Shown here: positions 57,980 to 64,000 of the stretch, one piece after another
How the letters are laid out: each line of letters starts with the position of its first letter
Position numbering within the stretch: the stretch's first letter is position 1
From: a virus
Lineage: Duplodnaviria > Caudoviricetes
DNA: 64,000 nucleotides
IMG/VR virus record: IMGVR_UViG_3300020434_000055
Strand: one strand, 5' to 3'
Made by a program: the position numbers and the translations under genes
Notes under the pieces: generated by a model
What the model saw: only the letters and a program-made list of their open reading frames with translations
What the model was told of the DNA's origin: nothing
The model's database searches: none

Positions 57980-59992
57980 TTACGAAGTGCCTCCTGTATA
58001 AATTATGAAGTTAATAGCCAAGAAAGGATTCATAACGTTTAATGCTTGTCCTATAGTACCATCTATTCCACCACTAGTAGGAATTGCTTGAGCAGTATTA
58101 GAACCTGTAGGTCCATCATATACAATAACTTCTGGATCTGTAGGTACTGCTGTAATGGCTCTTGTAGCAAAAAATTGATCATTATTATCTGCTTTTAAAT
58201 TGTGTTCGTGATCAGGTAAATTTTCTTTTACAAGAGTTTTAGTTTCAGTTCCACTATAACCTGCTAAATTATCAGCTTCTTGTAATTTAACACGATCAGC
58301 AGATGTTCCACCCATATTATCCAAACCAAGAGGAAATCTTCCTCTTAAATCTGGAAGTTTAAAAAGAGCAGTATTTGAAGGTGTTCCAAATTGAGTTCCT
58401 ATAATTGCATATAACTTAGAATATGTTGATCTAGATTTTTCACTACCATCACACATTAACCAATCTGAAGGAGAAGTTGCTCCTGCATATGGCATCATAG
58501 AACCTATAGGTGGTGTTGCTACAGCAGATAAAAATTGTTCTGCTGGAATTTTGTAAACACCTGTGTTTCCTGTTGTTCTATTAAGTATAATTTCATCTGT
58601 GCTTTGTGTTGAAGTTGTTAATGTTTTGTCTGCTATAAAAGTATTGCTTATAACAGTATTAAAAGTTTTTATTGTTCCACCTGTTTGACCATCAAAACTA
58701 AATGACGGTGCTGAAACATCTCCAGCCATTTGAAAAGTAGTTGCTGAAGATAATTTATTGGCGGAGCCAGCCGTTCCGCTTACTGTACCACTGACATTAC
58801 CCGTTAAGGTTCCTACAAAATTATTAGCATAAACATTTAAATATTGATTATTACTAGCACCTAAACTATCAGTATTATTAGCCGTTGGTACAATTGATCC
58901 TGCTGTTATTCCACCTACAATATTAACATTAGCACCTGCATATAAATCTTTAGCAATACCTATTCCTCCTTTAACAATTAAAGAACCTGTACCTATTGAC
59001 GTTGAATCAGTTGTGCCATTAGCAAGTATATTTCCACTTGTTTTAATATTACCTATTACATCTAAAGCTTCGGTTGGTGCAAGATTATTAATTCCTACTT
59101 GTGAAGTAGCGTCTAATCTCATAACTGTTTCAGTTACACCTTCATTATTAACTTGAAAGTCTATATGAGAACCAGATGTTTTATGAGTTATTATTCCTGC
59201 TTGTCCTTCAATTCCCATTGTAAATGTACCACTTGATCCAACTTCAAGTCCAGTATCATTTTTAATTTTAAGTGGAAAATTAGCAATATTAGTTGTATCT
59301 GCTCTTAAAAAATTTCCTGAAGCTACTATGCTACTACCAACTAAAAGATTTTCTGCCTTTTCGGCAACGCCGTAAAATTTACCTACACCATCTCCTGCTA
59401 TATCTAATGAACTTAAATTTACTCCAGGATTAATTGATGAAAAACCGCCAATAGTAGATTTAGGTGTAAATGATTCAGTTGCAACAATGGCAACTGGTTT
59501 AGCACCAACTTCTATTTGTACTATAGTATGAGATAAGTCGTCTGTACCAACAACTGTTGCCGGAGATGCCCCTGTTGACAATCCTGCACTATATTGTGGA
59601 CCTATTAAAATCCAACCTGTTCCTGTAAAAAGATATAATTGTTGATTATCTGTATCAACCCAAAGGTCACCTGCAATACTTTCACTGGCGGCTGGTTGGT
59701 TAAGTGCTTTTTTTAAACCTCCACTAGCTACCCAATTAGTACCATCATAAATTTTTAATTGGTTAACTCCAACAGTACTATCAAACCACAATTGTCCTTC
59801 TATAGGTCTTAATGGTGCAGAATTTTTTGCAAAATTTTCTAATAAATGCAAAAAGTTTTCTGCTATTACAGTACCATATGATGTCGTAGATTTTCCTGGT
59901 AACGATAAACTAGTTTCCTGATTGACAGTATTGTCTTCTACAGTAACACCAGTTTTACTTACGCTGTCAGAAAAATTGACTGTGTATGCCAT
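57980..59992 (-). CDS. Tail fibre protein with tail-collar domain
   Basis: Shared N-domain (AENFLHLLENF...GQLWFD); collar PPIGSMMPYAG...WLMCDG...FKLPDLRGRFPLG; tip NVMNPFLAINFII. Confidence 0.8.
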   Translation of the reverse strand: MAYTVNFSDSVSKTGVTVEDNTVNQETSLSLPGKSTTSYGTVIAENFLHLLENFAKNSAPLRPIEGQLWFDSTVGVNQLKIYDGTNWVASGGLKKALNQPAASESIAGDLWVDTDNQQLYLFTGTGWILIGPQYSAGLSTGASPATVVGTDDLSHTIVQIEVGAKPVAIVATESFTPKSTIGGFSSINPGVNLSSLDIAGDGVGKFYGVAEKAENLLVGSSIVASGNFLRADTTNIANFPLKIKNDTGLEVGSSGTFTMGIEGQAGIITHKTSGSHIDFQVNNEGVTETVMRLDATSQVGINNLAPTEALDVIGNIKTSGNILANGTTDSTSIGTGSLIVKGGIGIAKDLYAGANVNIVGGITAGSIVPTANNTDSLGASNNQYLNVYANNFVGTLTGNVSGTVSGTAGSANKLSSATTFQMAGDVSAPSFSFDGQTGGTIKTFNTVISNTFIADKTLTTSTQSTDEIILNRTTGNTGVYKIPAEQFLSAVATPPIGSMMPYAGATSPSDWLMCDGSEKSRSTYSKLYAIIGTQFGTPSNTALFKLPDLRGRFPLGLDNMGGTSADRVKLQEADNLAGYSGTETKTLVKENLPDHEHNLKADNNDQFFATRAITAVPTDPEVIVYDGPTGSNTAQAIPTSGGIDGTIGQALNVMNPFLAINFIIYTGGTS

Positions 59993-59995
59993 CTA

Positions 59996-60607
59996 TTATT
60001 CCTCGTTAAAACCTGTCAGACTTTGCACTCTTACAGTATAATCTATTTGAATTAATCTGTTTAAACTTTTTTGAACAGGGTGAAATATTACGTGAGTAAG
60101 TAAATTTCCAGTACCACTAGGAGAATAACTCATCAAACCTAATTCGTCGAATACGTATAATCCTTCTGAATTACTGGCATTATCTACTGCGTCTTGTCCG
60201 CTTGGTTCACCATAATCTAATAAACAAGTAACTAAAACATCTGTATAATTTGTTCCGTTTACGTGTCTTGTCTCAATTTTATTTCTTATTGGATCAAGAT
60301 TTGAAACTGATCTATCATCTACAACTTTACTAAAAGTTTGATTGTATAGACTAGCATTAGTACCTGTTGAATTAGGTGTCAAATATGTTATAATTCCTGT
60401 AGGATCAATTGACGTTCCACCATTACCAAACACCATAGAATTTACGAATCCTTGACCCGCATTAGCAAGACTTTCTGCAAGTGCTAAACTCATATTTTCG
60501 TAATGTATGGCGTTTCTTTTATTCACAAATACATGGCCAGAATCCGGATCATGTATCTTTATATGTCCTTGAAGTAATACACCGTTATTTTCTTTTATGT
60601 TATTCAT
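59996..60607 (-). CDS. Virion structural protein (baseplate region)
   Basis: GHIKIHD...NAIHYEN...FDELGL...THVIFHPVQKSLNRLIQIDYTVR; ATAAATA at 60629-60635 upstream. Confidence 0.65.
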   Translation of the reverse strand: MNNIKENNGVLLQGHIKIHDPDSGHVFVNKRNAIHYENMSLALAESLANAGQGFVNSMVFGNGGTSIDPTGIITYLTPNSTGTNASLYNQTFSKVVDDRSVSNLDPIRNKIETRHVNGTNYTDVLVTCLLDYGEPSGQDAVDNASNSEGLYVFDELGLMSYSPSGTGNLLTHVIFHPVQKSLNRLIQIDYTVRVQSLTGFNEE

Positions 60608-60631
60608 TTACGCTCCAGTTCTTAGCTGTAT

Positions 60632-63600
60632 TTATTGCGGCAATGCCACTTCTTTTTGTCGCAAGAATCTAGCAATATCATTTTTCGTTTGACTTAATGG
60701 ATCTGTGCCAGTTTGCCATTTTTTACCTATTTTCCTAACAATTAGGATTTTTGTATCTACTACAGGGGTTTGTGTAAGTGTTATTCTAGCACTTGTTCCA
60801 TCTACACTAAATTCTGCAGGTATTATTGTATCAGCTTCTGGACTATCTTGACCATTAGCTGGGTCATATGCAGAAATAGGAGTTTTTTTCATCCTTTTAC
60901 CACCCACAAATAATTCAAATTCATTAACATTATTTGGTGTAAAACCAATAGTAATTATATTAGTACTACCATCTGCTGTATAAACTTCTGTTAAAAACTC
61001 ATCTTTATAAGGCACAGTTTGAAATTGTCCTTGATCAAACACTTCAGTACCTATAATATGTGTATTAGGTACTCCTGTTCCAAATGTTCCTCGTCTAAGT
61101 TGAGAAACTGTATTTCCTGATTTCATATAATATTCTATTCTTTCACCATCAATAAACAATACTCCAGGATTTCTACTTCCTATACTAGGTTGTGTTAATT
61201 CTGTTGCATCTATAAATTCTATTGACTGATCTGACCATAAAAGATTAGATGCTAAGAAAAATTTGTTATTATTTCCTAAACGTTTATAATGAGTTTTATT
61301 CATCATATCTTTAAATTGTCTATAACCAAATTTACCTATAAATCTTGGTGCTGTAAAGTGTACAATATCTATAACATCATCTTTAGCTAATCGTCTGTTT
61401 ATTTTTAGATACATTTGATCATTAGTTACTTTATAATCTACACTAGGTGCTAACATATCTCCATTAACTGAAACCCAAACATATTGAGCATCTTCAGCCA
61501 ATTGTCTTAATTTTATAAGTCCATTTGTTAATTGTTGATATAGATAATAATCATCTGTACCTACAGTAATAGATAATCTTGCAACTACGTCATAATTAAT
61601 TCTTTCTATTTTAGCTATATCATGATTACTAAATTGATATACTGTAATAGTTTCACTTTGAGCAGGAGCATTATTAATAGTAATTACACCTGTAGTTTCA
61701 TTTAAAGTATAATCACCATTTGACATTCCAAAAACTTTAAGTGTATCACCTATTTCTCCTACTCCTGTAATAAGTGTTATACTAGAAGTTCCAGCATTCC
61801 ATATATATTGAGATCCTTGAGATATTTCTACACCATTAAGAAATGCTCTTACGTCTGCAGGAAGTATTGTACCAGGTAATTGTTGCCAAGTTTCAAATTC
61901 ATATTCTCTATTATTATCTATTGTGAATACTTTATTAAATCCTGCATTAAGAATTTTATCTCCTACTTTAACAACAACATTATATGATAAAGGTTTTTTA
62001 TTAAAAGGTGTTTGACTTAATTGGAATGTATTAGTACTACCATCTCCAACAAAATTATCTTGAGTAACTTCACTAAAAGTTTGACTAGTACTTGCATATA
62101 CAACTATACTAACAACATCATTTTGTACTGGAGCAGTTGCAAATCTTACAACTACTCTGTTTTGAAGTGCATAAGAACTATCTGATTCGAAAATTGTATA
62201 TGAAACAACTTGACCATTCACTCTAACAAACGTATTAATACTATTAGGAATCCATACTGCTCTTGTTACAAAATCTGTAGTACTACCATCTGCGGTAAAT
62301 GTATCAAAGTCAAGTATTTTTTCTCCATTATTACTCATTGTAATAAAATTAACTTTAGAATTTAATCCTGGCGCGGTTACAAAGTCTATTTTTTTATTTT
62401 GATAATTTACAGTATATAAATTAGATTCTTGCAAAATATTATCTACTGTAACAAATATAGCATTAGCACTTTGAGGATATTCATCAAAGAAAAATGCTTC
62501 ATTTACTCCATCACCTATGTAATTGTAACTATTAATTTTACTTCCAGTTTCTCCTCCTTTATCATAAACTTGAATATCTACAGTATCAAGAACTTGTCCT
62601 GGTATAAATTCTTCTGGACCTTTAGATGTAGTAGGTGATACAAAATCATCACCTTCTACTATAATGTCTTCTGCTTTTAATCCTGTTGCAGTTGAATATG
62701 CTAAATCTCCTCCTTCTAATAAAGTATCATAGTCACCTGGATCTGGTAAGAAACTACCATCACTAGTAGATTTTCTTACTACAATTATATCACCATCAAC
62801 TGTAGGTACAGTATCAAAAGCAATACTTTGAGTAGAATCATCTCCTGTAATACTTTGAATCATTGCATTTGTATTAGTCACTGGAGTTGATGTTCCATAA
62901 TTAGGATCATCTATTCTAATTCCATTTTTATAAACATTATAAACTACTCCTGATTCTAAAGGTTTGCTTAACGTAATAACATTAGTACTACCATCCATTC
63001 TTAAAACTTCATCTTCATAAGCTGTATCATAAGTATCCCATGATCCGCTCATATAAGGATCACTATCCCAACCTGTAGAAGTGTCAAATCCTAAAGCTCT
63101 AACTTCCACACCTCCATAATCTATTCCATCTAAAATTTGTGCTAATTGATTACCAGGCATTCCTTCAGTTGGTTTATAGAAAAGAGTAATTCTGTCTTGA
63201 GCTTGTAACACAAATGCATCTATTGTATATTCTACTTTAATAGCATGAAGATTAGCAGGAGGCAAAGTAAATTGAATATGTCCTATGTATCTATTGTATT
63301 CTTTAGTTTTATCTAATATATTAGTAAAAGTATATTCACTTGTTAAACTTTCTACATTATTGACAGTTACTTTAATTGTATTAGATTTTAAATCCATTGG
63401 CCATTTTAAATAATAATCCAGTTTAGAATTATTTCCTGTAAATGTTTCTGTTCTTGCTAATGAAGTTATTAAAAATGTTCCTGTAGTTCTATCGAACTTA
63501 ACAGTAAGATGAGTAGATTTAACTAATGAACTTCCTAATACAGCACTTGCTCTAGCTGTTGTTCCAAGAGTTCCTCCTTGTAAAGTAACTGTAGGAGCTG

Positions 63601-64000
63601 AAAGATATCCTTCACCTTCTTTAGTAATTTCTATAGAAGTAACTTTTCCATTATTAATATATGATACAGCAGTAGCACCTGATCCACCACCTCCTGTTAT
63701 ATTAACTACCGGTGCATTAGTATAACCGTCACCTGCACTTCCTACATTAATTGATGTAATTTTAAATCCAACATTGTTTAACCAATGTTTAGCAGGATAA
63801 CTTATAATTTTTTGAGTACCTACTAAAGCACTATCTATAACTTTTGCAGTATTAGGTTCTATTTGTTTAAGATCATTATAAGCAGGTGCTAAATCAAAGT
63901 CAGTAACAACTGAACTAGATGGTTGCATTTCTTCATAAGAACTTACATATTCTCTAACGTTAGTTTTATAAGGTTTAGCTTCTTTAATATAATCTTCAAA
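60632..64000 (-). CDS. Very large baseplate-wedge-like structural protein, 5' part outside the window
   Basis: Frame is open to the window edge (FEDYIKEAKPYKTNVREY...); repeated F.GDG...F beta modules; ERIEY...LRRGTFGT. Confidence 0.7.
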   Translation of the reverse strand, partial: FEDYIKEAKPYKTNVREYVSSYEEMQPSSSVVTDFDLAPAYNDLKQIEPNTAKVIDSALVGTQKIISYPAKHWLNNVGFKITSINVGSAGDGYTNAPVVNITGGGGSGATAVSYINNGKVTSIEITKEGEGYLSAPTVTLQGGTLGTTARASAVLGSSLVKSTHLTVKFDRTTGTFLITSLARTETFTGNNSKLDYYLKWPMDLKSNTIKVTVNNVESLTSEYTFTNILDKTKEYNRYIGHIQFTLPPANLHAIKVEYTIDAFVLQAQDRITLFYKPTEGMPGNQLAQILDGIDYGGVEVRALGFDTSTGWDSDPYMSGSWDTYDTAYEDEVLRMDGSTNVITLSKPLESGVVYNVYKNGIRIDDPNYGTSTPVTNTNAMIQSITGDDSTQSIAFDTVPTVDGDIIVVRKSTSDGSFLPDPGDYDTLLEGGDLAYSTATGLKAEDIIVEGDDFVSPTTSKGPEEFIPGQVLDTVDIQVYDKGGETGSKINSYNYIGDGVNEAFFFDEYPQSANAIFVTVDNILQESNLYTVNYQNKKIDFVTAPGLNSKVNFITMSNNGEKILDFDTFTADGSTTDFVTRAVWIPNSINTFVRVNGQVVSYTIFESDSSYALQNRVVVRFATAPVQNDVVSIVVYASTSQTFSEVTQDNFVGDGSTNTFQLSQTPFNKKPLSYNVVVKVGDKILNAGFNKVFTIDNNREYEFETWQQLPGTILPADVRAFLNGVEISQGSQYIWNAGTSSITLITGVGEIGDTLKVFGMSNGDYTLNETTGVITINNAPAQSETITVYQFSNHDIAKIERINYDVVARLSITVGTDDYYLYQQLTNGLIKLRQLAEDAQYVWVSVNGDMLAPSVDYKVTNDQMYLKINRRLAKDDVIDIVHFTAPRFIGKFGYRQFKDMMNKTHYKRLGNNNKFFLASNLLWSDQSIEFIDATELTQPSIGSRNPGVLFIDGERIEYYMKSGNTVSQLRRGTFGTGVPNTHIIGTEVFDQGQFQTVPYKDEFLTEVYTADGSTNIITIGFTPNNVNEFELFVGGKRMKKTPISAYDPANGQDSPEADTIIPAEFSVDGTSARITLTQTPVVDTKILIVRKIGKKWQTGTDPLSQTKNDIARFLRQKEVALPQ

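Noticed and set aside
305-62638. Many short opposite-strand or off-frame ORFs in the track (for example 2130..2492-, 23272..23709+, 25016..25432-, 30059..30571-, 42866..43333+)
   Set aside because: They lie within well-supported genes, lack ribosome-binding sites and motifs, and look like shadow frames.
1-64000. Stop-codon reassignment, as seen in some large phages
   Set aside because: Conserved genes are uninterrupted in code 11, and TAG (790, 22819) and TGA (20342, 27230) end genes at sensible points.
1-64000. tRNA, rRNA, CRISPR array, integrase/transposase or diversity-generating retroelement
   Set aside because: Intergenic gaps are under about 120 nt with no cloverleaf or repeat-spacer pattern. 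No reverse transcriptase, recombinase or template/variable repeat pair was seen.

Overview
A 64 kb internal segment of a large, very AT-rich (about 30% GC by eye, not computed) dsDNA myovirus-type phage using the standard bacterial code. About 1-32.5 kb is on the + strand. It holds small late genes, an auxiliary block (queD, peroxiredoxin, NAD-dependent formate dehydrogenase, nitrilase, GMP reductase, ribosomal protein bL12), replication genes (family B DNA polymerase, DEDD exonuclease, probable clamp, 5'-3' exonuclease) and a MoxR AAA+/VWA pair. Interleaved with these is a 7-deazaguanine DNA-modification cluster: a TGT-fold DpdA-like enzyme, a second QueD-like T-fold protein, a GT-B glycosyltransferase, two oxidoreductases, a PRTase, HIT, two SGNH-like proteins, folE and queE. 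About 32.5-53 kb is a mixed-orientation enzyme island with seven radical SAM proteins, five 2OG-Fe(II)/cupin-like proteins, a QueC-like PP-loop ATPase, a methyltransferase, an SDR-like protein and four glycosyltransferases. About 53-64 kb (- strand) encodes tail and baseplate structural proteins. Best candidates for new biology: (1) a possible sugar-decorated 7-deazaguanine DNA hypermodification pathway with by-product recycling; (2) an apparently late-expressed radical SAM/oxygenase/glycosyltransferase island beside the tail genes; (3) apparent complete absence of GCWGC, visible as forced GCG/GCC codons in Ala-Ala pairs; (4) a twin-hairpin leader on the polymerase mRNA. All protein calls come from motif recognition by eye; no database searches were run.
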